A DNA stretch of 20,000 nucleotides from an uncultured virus (IMG/VR IMGVR_UViG_3300029448_000016) (IMGVR_UViG_3300029448_000016), one strand, 5' to 3'; counted from the first letter of the stretch, positions 1-6,909 are shown. The notes: generated by a model not told the origin, from the letters alone. Numbers and translations: made by a program.

Positions 1-929
1 TGAACCATATACTCATACACTGCTTGTATTGCAACGAGACTGGACGCTCGGTCTGTATATGCTGGAGCTAAGGCTCTAGCAAAGAACTGAATATGTTTAG
101 CATGTTTCTTTTTACGCTCAGCATCTAAAGCTGAGGGAAACCTAACTAAAGATAATAGTGTATTCAAAACATTACCGAACTCACTGTCACCCTCAGCCAT
201 CTTTTCACCATGCTTCTCAAAGTAATGGGTTTTAACTTTTTCGATGTAACTAGTAAAACCACCATGTGTTTTAGCTAACTGAGACTCTATATACTCATCT
301 TCGATTATGTTACCAATATTGTGTAACAAACTCTGTTGCCATGTCAAGAGGTCTTTGTCTCTACCATAGGTGCGTTCCCAACTAAGTAATGGTTTACTGT
401 GAACTAAATGTAACTTCTCGTGTATAGCTAGTCCGGCTACTACATCTAACTTATCATCATTATCCTCTAACAGAGAACCGTCAACATATATGAGCCCACG
501 ATTAATACTAGAGTAACTACTATCAGTTGAGTAGTTTAGAGTATGCTTCACTGTTGGGTCTACAACTTTACAAAGAGAATCTAAATGTCTTTTATTCTTT
601 AACATTCTAGTCTTCTTATCTGACTGAGATGAGGAATGACCCCACATAGAGGTCATAGCACTAACGCCTCTGTTCCACCATGAACCACCACTACCCCACG
701 TATAACCTGAGGTGCGACCATAAAGGTCACCACTGGCTGAGACAGTTGGTGCAGTTGAACTATAAGCAGTTGCTACTGCTGGGCTAATGAATGGGTCGAC
801 TGATTTATATTTGATACCACATGCTTTACAGTTACCATGACCATCGTCATCAGTCCAGTCATCACATGCGTCACAGAAGTCATCCTCTGTGTCCTCAGCC
901 CACTCGTCTATTGAATGTCCGTAATCCAT
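1..929 (-). CDS. CobT-like/VWA-partner protein with N-terminal CxxC..CxxC and HExxH metallopeptidase-like domain (runs off window start)
   Basis: Not in ORF track; translated by hand from ATG 929: MDYGHSIDEWAEDTEDDFCDACDDWTDDDGHGNCKACG...GLAIHEKLHLVHS...NIIEDEYIE. HExxH plus NxxED is typical of CobT-like partners of MoxR/CobS ATPases, and such an ATPase lies two genes upstream. Confidence 0.75.
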   Translation of the reverse strand, partial: MDYGHSIDEWAEDTEDDFCDACDDWTDDDGHGNCKACGIKYKSVDPFISPAVATAYSSTAPTVSASGDLYGRTSGYTWGSGGSWWNRGVSAMTSMWGHSSSQSDKKTRMLKNKRHLDSLCKVVDPTVKHTLNYSTDSSYSSINRGLIYVDGSLLEDNDDKLDVVAGLAIHEKLHLVHSKPLLSWERTYGRDKDLLTWQQSLLHNIGNIIEDEYIESQLAKTHGGFTSYIEKVKTHYFEKHGEKMAEGDSEFGNVLNTLLSLVRFPSALDAERKKKHAKHIQFFARALAPAYTDRASSLVAIQAVYEYMV

Positions 930-1279
930 TGTTCTACCTTTTTTACTTCATCTTCTTCTTCAGCTATGAACTTGAACTGAAAACATTCAAGAGTTCTCTT
1001 AGCTGAACCTACACTACAATTATATATAAACATATCTTCAGCTGAGACTAACTGGTGAGCTAACTTAGTAGCTTCGTTCTTACCCATAGTTGGTCTATCT
1101 GGAAGAATTAAATCTTCTTGATTGACTATTCTTCTTTTGTATGCACCGATGTGTCTACCATTGATATCAGTCTCGGGGAACACATCTTGAATGATGCGTG
1201 AACACATGGCTGGTTTGAATCCACTGAGAATTAATATCTTAGCCAAACCATGCCAGTATGTGTGTTTTACTCTACTCAT
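908..1279 (-). CDS. hypothetical protein (ORF track extends to 1375; likely start MSRVKH at 1279)
   Basis: Open frame with GGAG just upstream of ATG 1279; overlaps the start of the next gene. Start is uncertain. Confidence 0.6.
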   Translation of the reverse strand: MSRVKHTYWHGLAKILILSGFKPAMCSRIIQDVFPETDINGRHIGAYKRRIVNQEDLILPDRPTMGKNEATKLAHQLVSAEDMFIYNCSVGSAKRTLECFQFKFIAEEEDEVKKVEQWITDIQ

Positions 1280-1444
1280 AAATATACTCCGGTTCTCGGT
1301 TATCAAAGTCTGAGACGAGCTGAGAAAGGATGCCATATATAATACTCTCTTCGTATGAGTCACCCATAGGTTCAAAGGTCGTGAAGTAGTCAGCTAAGAC
1401 ACTGAACTCTTCTAAGGTTAAACCTACTACGAACTTAGGCACTC

Positions 1445-2401
1445 TTAGTCCCCCATTGATTGAATGACCTGTATAACTCTGACACGTTCTGAGTCATCAC
1501 CAGCTTGAACTGGGTAGAACGGTAGACAGGTGTGTTTGAGTGCTTCGATTAAACTCATGCCGTCAACTACTAACTCTGAGACTGCAAGACACATACGTGT
1601 TGAGACTGCTGTAGTTAGTTCGTCTGAGTTGTGTAAGTCGCGAACTCGCTTAGCAAAGTCTACAATCTTTTCAGCACTGTATTTGTCCAGCTGAGGGTTA
1701 CGAATCATAATTAATTCCATCTCTTTCTTCATAGGTAGGTATTCTAACTCATAGATACCACCAGTGAATCTATCTTTCCATGCTCGGTCTAAGTCATGAG
1801 ATGCACCGAGATACTCTCTACCTATATTAGCAGTAGCGTAAAAGAATGCTTTCTTATTGACTGAGACACTGTCAGCGTCTTCACTCTCATCAAGAGCTAA
1901 ATACTTTTGACCATCTAAAACTGGCATAAGAATGTTAGCAAGGTCACCTGTTCGGTCACGAGTAACCTCATCTAACATAATGAAGGAATTACTTTGGATT
2001 GCGTTAACAAACCGAGAAGGCTTGAACCACGTTCCTGCTTCCTTATCATATTTAGTATCACCCAGCAACTTAGCTGAGGGATTCATAGTATCACCAAAGT
2101 TAAAAGAGTAAAACTCTTTGTTGGTAATACCAGCTAATATCTTACCGAGACTAGACTTACCACAACCGGATGGTCCGGTGATGAGGATGTTCTTACCTCG
2201 ATATATATTGCGTAACATTGTATAGAAAGTAATATTGTCAGCAAACTTAAACTCTTCAGGTATCTGAACTGAGCCTTTAAGCTTAGACATGACTGTCTCT
2301 TTCTCAACTACTGGTTCCGGTTCACTGGCCGGTGCCTCTTCTATCTCGGGAGTATCTGACATTAAGTCATCAATTCCTCTGTGTCGGTATTCTTCACTCA
2401 T
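1445..2401 (-). CDS. MoxR/CbbQ/CobS-type AAA+ ATPase
   Basis: Walker A GPSGCGKS, Walker B IMLDE, ATAN, LDRAWKDRF, STR motif. Start moved from 2413 to 2401 because the TATA box at 2425-2432 lies 24 nt from that ATG (leaderless spacing). Confidence 0.9.
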   Translation of the reverse strand: MSEEYRHRGIDDLMSDTPEIEEAPASEPEPVVEKETVMSKLKGSVQIPEEFKFADNITFYTMLRNIYRGKNILITGPSGCGKSSLGKILAGITNKEFYSFNFGDTMNPSAKLLGDTKYDKEAGTWFKPSRFVNAIQSNSFIMLDEVTRDRTGDLANILMPVLDGQKYLALDESEDADSVSVNKKAFFYATANIGREYLGASHDLDRAWKDRFTGGIYELEYLPMKKEMELIMIRNPQLDKYSAEKIVDFAKRVRDLHNSDELTTAVSTRMCLAVSELVVDGMSLIEALKHTCLPFYPVQAGDDSERVRVIQVIQSMGD

Positions 2402-2420
2402 TGTTGTATCCATAGTGTTT

Positions 2421-2440
2421 AGGGTATTTAAAGGTTTCCC
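2421..2440 (-). promoter_or_regulatory. archaeal BRE/TATA promoter GGGAAACCTTTAAATACCCT
   Basis: 19/20 identical to 3210-3229; TATA 24 nt from ATG 2401. Confidence 0.75.
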
Positions 2441-2449
2441 TATTCCTTC

Positions 2450-2794
2450 TCAGTTCGCCCTCCCACGTCTGATGAGAGTTCTGTCAACTCTGGACTTATC
2501 GTATCCATAGGTTCTCTTTCCGTGTATTCCGGACGAGGTGCCTTTGACTTCATATTTGCGAACTGTGTTTGTAATCTTATTTACATCTTCAGGTTCCATT
2601 GTGCTGAGAGCGTCAATGAACTTTCCTAAGTTCTGACTCACAGACCAAGCGTTATCCTCTACATTATCAAATGAAGCGGAGAGGAATTCTCTCAACACAG
2701 TGAAACGATTATCTTTAATTGACTGCACACTTAACAAAGGAACTCTGTCAGTATGCTGAGTCATGAAGTTATTGAACTTCTCTATTGGGTTCAT
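2450..2794 (-). CDS. hypothetical protein
   Basis: 114-aa ORF, GGTGG upstream, ATGA overlap with the preceding gene. Confidence 0.7.
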   Translation of the reverse strand: MNPIEKFNNFMTQHTDRVPLLSVQSIKDNRFTVLREFLSASFDNVEDNAWSVSQNLGKFIDALSTMEPEDVNKITNTVRKYEVKGTSSGIHGKRTYGYDKSRVDRTLIRRGRAN

Positions 2795-2904
2795 AGTCCA
2801 CCTTCTATATGAAAGTTTACTAAACAGTGTTCACAACATGATGCATTTATTTCATGTCCACCGTTATCAGCCCAAGAATATTCACCACAGTCTGAACAAA
2901 TCAT
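2791..2904 (-). CDS. 37-aa zinc-finger microprotein
   Basis: Hand translation MICSDCGEYSWADNGGHEINASCCEHCLVNFHIEGGL; CxxC..CxxC; ATGA-coupled at both ends. Confidence 0.75.
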   Translation of the reverse strand: MICSDCGEYSWADNGGHEINASCCEHCLVNFHIEGGL

Positions 2905-3191
2905 TGTTTCCTCACTGTAACAAATGTAGCGTTCTTAGTTTGGTTGTTTACTTTCTGAGACAACCATTTGTCTATACCTATTTCATGTATGTAATCTACT
3001 GTGTCTGAGTAGACACCGTAAGTGAGACAGTGATGTGGTTTCGGAGCGTGTTCGAAATACTTCTCAGTTGCTCTAATCTTTTTGGCTTTAATTGTGGAAC
3101 CATCTACAGTAGAGGTTCTAGTCATCAACTGTTGTAGTTGACGTGGCGTTAATTGTTTTAGCGTTGCAGCTAATTGGTCGACTTTTGTCAT
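2901..3191 (-). CDS. hypothetical protein (true start MTKVDQ at 3191)
   Basis: TATA box at 3214-3221 lies 23 nt upstream of ATG 3191; the ORF-track extension to 3296 reads through the promoter. Confidence 0.7.
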   Translation of the reverse strand: MTKVDQLAATLKQLTPRQLQQLMTRTSTVDGSTIKAKKIRATEKYFEHAPKPHHCLTYGVYSDTVDYIHEIGIDKWLSQKVNNQTKNATFVTVRKQ

Positions 3192-3209
3192 CTTATTCAG
3201 ATAGTATAG

Positions 3210-3229
3210 AGGGTATATAAAGGTTTCCC
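3210..3229 (-). promoter_or_regulatory. archaeal BRE/TATA promoter GGGAAACCTTTATATACCCT
   Basis: Near-identical to 2421-2440; leaderless spacing to ATG 3191. Confidence 0.75.
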
Positions 3230-3379
3230 CTCTTGAACTGAGAGCCCAGCACGAAAAATGAACTGAGTATAAAAAACGGGGGGCTTTTTCATGCAAAACC
3301 TTATATAGTTCAGCTTCCCTATATTAACTATATTAAGATATAGATTAGTTATGCTATAGTATTGCTATAAGTAAAGAGA

Positions 3380-3456
3380 CTAATAGAGCATGCTTAGTTT
3401 AGCACTCTTATGTCTTAGTATAGCATGGTTAGTAGAGCATGTTTAGTAGAGCATTC
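3380..3456. repeat. five degenerate 14-bp tandem repeats (consensus TTAGTAGAGCATGN)
   Basis: ctaatagagcatgc 3380, ttagtttagcactc 3394, 7-bp gap, ttagtatagcatgg 3415, ttagtagagcatgt 3429, ttagtagagcattc 3443. Confidence 0.75.
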
Positions 3457-3766
3457 TTAATATAGGCTTCTTAATTACTTACTCTACTTTGTCGCATGAA
3501 CACATTTCATCGCGAACTAAGAACTTAAACTGGTTTTAGTTTGGGTTTTAAGCCCTACTAAGCACTTTTATTTTCTCATTGGGGCCTACGGTTGTGCTCA
3601 GTGGAGCCCTGAGCCCGACTGAGACAGTTTCTCACTGTGCTTTACGGACCTCCCCTGTTTCTTTATAGAGCCAACTGAGCAATGTTTTCTCACCTCGCCT
3701 TACCGAGCTTTCTCACGAAGGTTTAAAGCTCAACTGAGAGCCCACGAGCTGAGTAGAGCGAAGAAG

Positions 3767-3784
3767 TTTCACTCGAGTGGAAAA
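3767..3784. repeat. terminal copy of the cassette palindrome without TATA box (TTTCACTCGAGTGGAAAA)
   Basis: Matches the palindromic half of the 32-bp repeat; core CACTCGAGTG is a perfect palindrome. Confidence 0.75.
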
Positions 3785-3806
3785 ATAAAATTTATAAAAA
3801 ATAATA

Positions 3807-4025
3807 GGATGAGTAGGAGGATTTATTGTATACCTCCAAAGGGTTTATGCCACTACAAAGTAGAACCCTTACCAGCTTTGCATCCCTCCAGCAGTCGCTT
3901 CTCGGTTTGCGCAGTTCTGTGCCTTAGTCCGTGGCGGACTTGTTCGGCCATACTCGATTACGGAAGAGCTACTTCCATAAATATAAGGTGGGTAGTTGTT
4001 CGAGATACCCAGCTCGATTACTGAT
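3807..4025 (-). ncRNA. putative structured RNA / long structured 3' element (~220 nt)
   Basis: No convincing ORF. Stems GGATG/CATCC (3807/3881) enclose GGAGG/CCTCC and AAGGGTT/AACCCTT; further stems AGTCCG/CGGACT, GGAAG/CTTCC, TGGGTA/TACCCA. Followed by a T-rich tract on the minus strand. Confidence 0.45.
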
Positions 4026-4028
4026 TGC

Positions 4029-4361
4029 CTATTTAATTAGACCTGCCTTTTTCATAGCTTTCTTCAAATCAGCTTCTGACATCTTACCTGATGCAAGAGC
4101 AGCAACAACAGAGTCCACTGAAGGAGCTTTGCCAGTTACTTTTCTTTGTGATTGAAGTTCATGTGTGCGTGATGCAACCATAGATGCAGTTTTATCATTT
4201 GCAGATATTACATCGCAAATGGCAACGAGTGCATCATACTTTACACCAGTAGGATATCTTTCGGAAGTTCCTACTTTTTCTATTCCTAGTGAGTCCAATA
4301 AAGAACTCACGAGCTTTTCATCCTTTGGTGCCCAAAGGTAATCCATCTTGGCCTTAGTCAT
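4029..4361 (-). CDS. hypothetical early protein, leaderless
   Basis: 110-aa ORF; TATA 4382-4389 and TGGT element upstream of ATG. Confidence 0.8.
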   Translation of the reverse strand: MTKAKMDYLWAPKDEKLVSSLLDSLGIEKVGTSERYPTGVKYDALVAICDVISANDKTASMVASRTHELQSQRKVTGKAPSVDSVVAALASGKMSEADLKKAMKKAGLIK

Positions 4362-4390
4362 AATATACCATCCGCTAGTGCTATTTAAGC

Positions 4391-4627
4391 TTATCCCCTG
4401 CTGATGACTTGACGAAGTTCGTATTGCTCAAAGACGTCTGGATTAGATAATCTCACAGAGTCTGCAATTTCTTGATGGCTTCCTCGGCTACCAGTGCCAA
4501 CCGGAATCATTTCTTTATACATTCCATACTTACCGTATGGGGTAGTGCCCACTTCTACGAAGAAGTCGACTTCTTTCTCACTGCGACCCTTCCATGGAAG
4601 AGACGTCTTGGTCTGAATTCTGTTCAT
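4391..4627 (-). CDS. hypothetical early protein, leaderless
   Basis: 78-aa ORF directly downstream of the repeat-linked promoter. Confidence 0.8.
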   Translation of the reverse strand: MNRIQTKTSLPWKGRSEKEVDFFVEVGTTPYGKYGMYKEMIPVGTGSRGSHQEIADSVRLSNPDVFEQYELRQVISRG

Positions 4628-4647
4628 GTATAACCAAGGGAGGGGGT

Positions 4648-4680
4648 CTATATAAAGGTTTTTTCACACGAGTGGAAAAA
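4648..4680 (-). promoter_or_regulatory. 32-bp repeat: palindrome + BRE/TATA promoter
   Basis: plus strand CTATATAAAGGTTTTTTCACACGAGTGGAAAA; TATA 22 nt from ATG 4627. Confidence 0.85.
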
Positions 4681-5096
4681 GATGCAACTTCACCCAAGGC
4701 TCTAATTAGAATTTAAAGCCTACCTTGGGGAGCGGTTGCCTGAGGGCGCGACAATCTTCATAGGTAGCGCCACACGTGGGGTGACCTGTCGCCAGTCAAA
4801 AGCCGAAGCTTCACGAAAGGCGAACACAAACAGAACAGGTGTGATGCAGCATAGCGAATACGAGAAGACATATAACAGGGACAAAGTGATTCAAAGGTGA
4901 TACATAATGTTAGCTACACGTCTTTAATCAACTAAGATGGCCATAGACCGGCAAGGGATTGGTCAGCACTGTTCAGCTAATGTTTGTTATTTTGTCTTTC
5001 GTATTTGGCGTATGGTCGATTTTGTTTCTTTGTCAGGTCACGGTGTTACAGCTGATAACTGTAAGTGAGCGGGGGTAATTTGGGCTCCCCGCTCTG
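4681..5096 (-). ncRNA. putative ~415-nt structured non-coding RNA
   Basis: Own promoter (TATA 5117-5124 + TTGGTTATAC) followed by AGAGCGGGG instead of ATG; two 5' hairpins, long-range nested helices, 3' hairpin, then a T tract. Confidence 0.7.
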
Positions 5097-5128
5097 TATA
5101 ACCAATAGGGTATGCCTATTTAAGCTTT
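5097..5128 (-). promoter_or_regulatory. TATA promoter with no downstream start codon
   Basis: AAAGCTTAAATAGGCATACCCTATTGGTTATAC; last 10 nt identical to the promoter upstream of ATG 4627. The stop codon of ORF 5120..5389 lies inside the TATA box. Confidence 0.75.
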
Positions 5129-5389
5129 GCCCCTTACAAAGTCAATTACTTCATTTGGGACTTTAGTTCCATATTTTTTAATCTCAGAGACATAGACATC
5201 ACCAAGTTCGAATTCTCCGTAAGTGAAATTACTTTTCACCGCACAGAACCAACGAGCGTGAGCGTTCTTTGCTTCGTTTTCTTCGTTTTGGTATTTCTTT
5301 AATACTCTCCATTCAAAGCCATTAGCTCCAGTCCAGACCTCGTATGGGTCGTCAGCACTACGGGATTTACCGCACATGTTTTTAGTCAT
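5120..5389 (-). CDS. hypothetical viral protein, leaderless
   Basis: 89-aa ORF (…ARWFCAVKS…GEFELGDVY…) downstream of the repeat-linked promoter. Confidence 0.8.
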   Translation of the reverse strand: MTKNMCGKSRSADDPYEVWTGANGFEWRVLKKYQNEENEAKNAHARWFCAVKSNFTYGEFELGDVYVSEIKKYGTKVPNEVIDFVRGKA

Positions 5390-5409
5390 ACAATACCAAG
5401 TGTGGGGGT

Positions 5410-5441
5410 CTATATAAAGGTTTTTTCACATGAGTGGAAAA
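5410..5441 (-). promoter_or_regulatory. 32-bp repeat: palindrome + BRE/TATA promoter
   Basis: CTATATAAAGGTTTTTTCACATGAGTGGAAAA; TATA 22 nt from ATG 5389. Confidence 0.85.
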
Positions 5442-5444
5442 GGC

Positions 5445-5466
5445 GGGGGAGAGGCTCTACTCCCCC
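5445..5466 (-). terminator. GC hairpin before T tract
   Basis: GGGGGA-N10-TCCCCC; on the minus strand followed by GCCTTTT of the next repeat. Confidence 0.45.
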
Positions 5467-5491
5467 TGAGGTGTCCGAAAACTTGCGAAAA

Positions 5492-5566
5492 CTATTTGCT
5501 AGCCTTTTTGATAATCTTATTTGTTTTCTTTTTCCAACTGCGTTCCAATGGTTTATCGTAGCTCAT
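5492..5566 (-). CDS. 24-aa basic peptide
   Basis: MSYDKPLERSWKKKTNKIIKKASK; ATGA overlap with the upstream ORF. Confidence 0.5.
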   Translation of the reverse strand: MSYDKPLERSWKKKTNKIIKKASK

Positions 5567-5679
5567 TGGTGACACCCGCAGCAAGGTGCGTCTTCACACC
5601 CGCAGAGAACAATGTAGTCCCCTGCTTCACTTATACCAGAGATGACCATGTCATCTAAAATATCCAAGATGCTCTTCAT
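5563..5679 (-). CDS. 38-aa Cys-rich microprotein (CGCEDAPCCGCH)
   Basis: MKSILDILDDMVISGISEAGDYIVLCGCEDAPCCGCHQ; ATGA-coupled at both ends. Confidence 0.7.
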   Translation of the reverse strand: MKSILDILDDMVISGISEAGDYIVLCGCEDAPCCGCHQ

Positions 5680-5876
5680 TCCCACACCCTCACGTTATTG
5701 TGGTGGTCTGTCAAGGGAATGTTAGCTGGGTCTTCCTTGCGTGGGTCGTCTGTTAGTCCCATGTCAATTGCTTTTAGCTGGTCTAGTAAACCAGAGTCAA
5801 CTAAGTTTTTGGTTTGGGTTCTTCGGGCGGCTTTGCGGAAACGGAAGTCGTTTCTCATGTCCTGTATTTTACTCAT
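5676..5876 (-). CDS. hypothetical early protein, leaderless
   Basis: 66 aa; TATA 5897-5904 + TGGTATAAT upstream of ATG. Confidence 0.75.
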   Translation of the reverse strand: MSKIQDMRNDFRFRKAARRTQTKNLVDSGLLDQLKAIDMGLTDDPRKEDPANIPLTDHHNNVRVWE

Positions 5877-5912
5877 ATTATACCATTGAGTGTCCCTATA
5901 TAAGGGTTTCTC

Positions 5913-6023
5913 TCAGTCCCCCGTCCAGAAGGTCGCAAACATTTCTGTATCGCAATCCTCACACAGTCCACCGAATAATTCGATATCTTCCAAGCCACAG
6001 TCCTGACACGTTTGATTAGTCAT
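5913..6023 (-). CDS. 36-aa acidic zinc-finger microprotein, leaderless
   Basis: MTNQTCQDCGLEDIELFGGLCEDCDTEMFATFWTGD; TATA 22 nt upstream. Confidence 0.8.
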   Translation of the reverse strand: MTNQTCQDCGLEDIELFGGLCEDCDTEMFATFWTGD

Positions 6024-6043
6024 ACAATACCAAGAACACTACC

Positions 6044-6075
6044 CTATATAAAGGTTTTTTCACTTGAGTGGAAAA
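6044..6075 (-). promoter_or_regulatory. 32-bp repeat: palindrome + BRE/TATA promoter
   Basis: CTATATAAAGGTTTTTTCACTTGAGTGGAAAA. Confidence 0.85.
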
Positions 6076-6325
6076 GCTGGCGCCCCTCCTAAGAGGGGGT
6101 AACCTGCGCCCAGCTGTCCTACCTCAATGGGCTGGCTCACTGGGCTGAAGATGCGTCGCTACGTTTAACGCTCGGGCGGACTTATGCCGTAGGCCCTTCG
6201 CCATCTCTTGTCAGGCGTCTTCTCTTGTCTTTACCAGTTTATTAGACTGTTGTCCTCTCACCGCTTCCAAACGGGGCGCCTACTCCTTGGGCCACCTATT
6301 TACAGAGAGCAAAGACTCATGGAAC
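6075..6325 (-). ncRNA. putative GC-rich structured RNA / long structured 3' element (~250 nt)
   Basis: ORF-free in the track and more GC-rich than its neighbours. Nested stems GGCCC/GGGCC (6192/6289), AGGCG/CGCCT (6213/6277), CAGT/ACTG; terminal AGCTGG/CCAGCT encloses CCCCTC/GAGGGG. Confidence 0.5.
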
Positions 6326-6484
6326 TTAACCCCAGTATCCCGACGCTACACAGAACTTGTGCGTGTTGAATCTTGGGTTGTGTTTTACCATTTCACCAGA
6401 CATAGCGAGTATTAGGTCCTCGCTTGCGTCATTGTCTTTTAGTATTTTTGCGATTGCTTCAAAGTGTTTTCTTGTCATAGTCAT
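6326..6484 (-). CDS. 52-aa viral protein (MTRKHFEAIA…NPRF type), leaderless
   Basis: MTMTRKHFEAIAKILKDNDASEDLILAMSGEMVKHNPRFNTHKFCVASGYWG; TATA 6505-6512. Pattern resembles a small hypothetical phage protein family (from memory). Confidence 0.8.
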   Translation of the reverse strand: MTMTRKHFEAIAKILKDNDASEDLILAMSGEMVKHNPRFNTHKFCVASGYWG

Positions 6485-6514
6485 AATATACCATAGAGTG
6501 TGCCTATATAAGGT

Positions 6515-6661
6515 TTACGCTCTTCTCCTCCAGCGCAACATTCTCAGCAACATGCCCTGAGTTTTTATAGGTTGTTTATAAAATTCCTCAAATGTTTGTT
6601 TGCCGCCTAATTCGACGTAGTCGTGCCAGTTGTGGATTGTTTGTATTTCGTATTTGTCCAT
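6515..6661 (-). CDS. 48-aa hypothetical protein (start MDKYEI at 6661), leaderless
   Basis: TATA 6682-6689 lies 21 nt upstream; the track extension to 6700 reads through the promoter. Confidence 0.75.
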   Translation of the reverse strand: MDKYEIQTIHNWHDYVELGGKQTFEEFYKQPIKTQGMLLRMLRWRRRA

Positions 6662-6680
6662 ATTATACCAACGGGTGTGC

Positions 6681-6712
6681 CTATATAAAGGTTTTTTCAC
6701 ACGAGTGGAAAA
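6681..6712 (-). promoter_or_regulatory. 32-bp repeat: palindrome + BRE/TATA promoter
   Basis: CTATATAAAGGTTTTTTCACACGAGTGGAAAA, identical to the 4648 copy. Confidence 0.85.
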
Positions 6713-6715
6713 GTC

Positions 6716-6880
6716 CTACTTGAGCTGGCTTCTTTTGAAACCAGCCCACACGTGACCCTTATCCCAAATGTATTTACTACCACCTGTAGCAGGGTCATAG
6801 ACTAACCAATAGTTATTACCTCTGGCGTCTGTTCCTTTATTGATTATTTTATATCCGTCTTTGGTGTTTCTTTTTCTCAT
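6716..6880 (-). CDS. 54-aa basic hypothetical protein, leaderless
   Basis: MRKRNTKDGYKIINKGTDARGNNYWLVYDPATGGSKYIWDKGHVWAGFKRSQLK; TATA 6902-6909 + TGGT element. Confidence 0.75.
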   Translation of the reverse strand: MRKRNTKDGYKIINKGTDARGNNYWLVYDPATGGSKYIWDKGHVWAGFKRSQLK

Positions 6881-6909
6881 GAATTACCAATAGGGAATCC
6901 CTATATAAA

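Noticed and set aside
3807..3885. tRNA-like cloverleaf
   Set aside because: Multi-stem, but no T-loop GTTC consensus, D-loop or canonical arm lengths on either strand.
4758..4871. 37-aa minus-strand ORF MSSRIRYAASH… inside the RNA
   Set aside because: No SD or leaderless promoter, and it lies on one arm of the long-range helices.
4681..5096. SRP (7S) RNA, RNase P, tmRNA or hammerhead identity for the large RNA
   Set aside because: I could not find the SRP helix-8 motif, RNase P P4 consensus, tRNA-like ends or a CUGANGA/GAAA core in the right context; needs Infernal to be certain.
5877..6670. TGGTATAAT (5877-5885, 6662-6670, minus) as a bacterial extended -10 box
   Set aside because: It abuts the ATG with no spacer, the other copies deviate, and all have a TATA box at archaeal spacing.
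3767..6712. 32-bp repeats as a CRISPR array (a Cas4-like gene is in the window)
   Set aside because: Intervals are 600-900 bp, contain genes, and the repeat includes a TATA box. Stand-alone Cas4-like nucleases are common in viruses, and no other cas genes are present.
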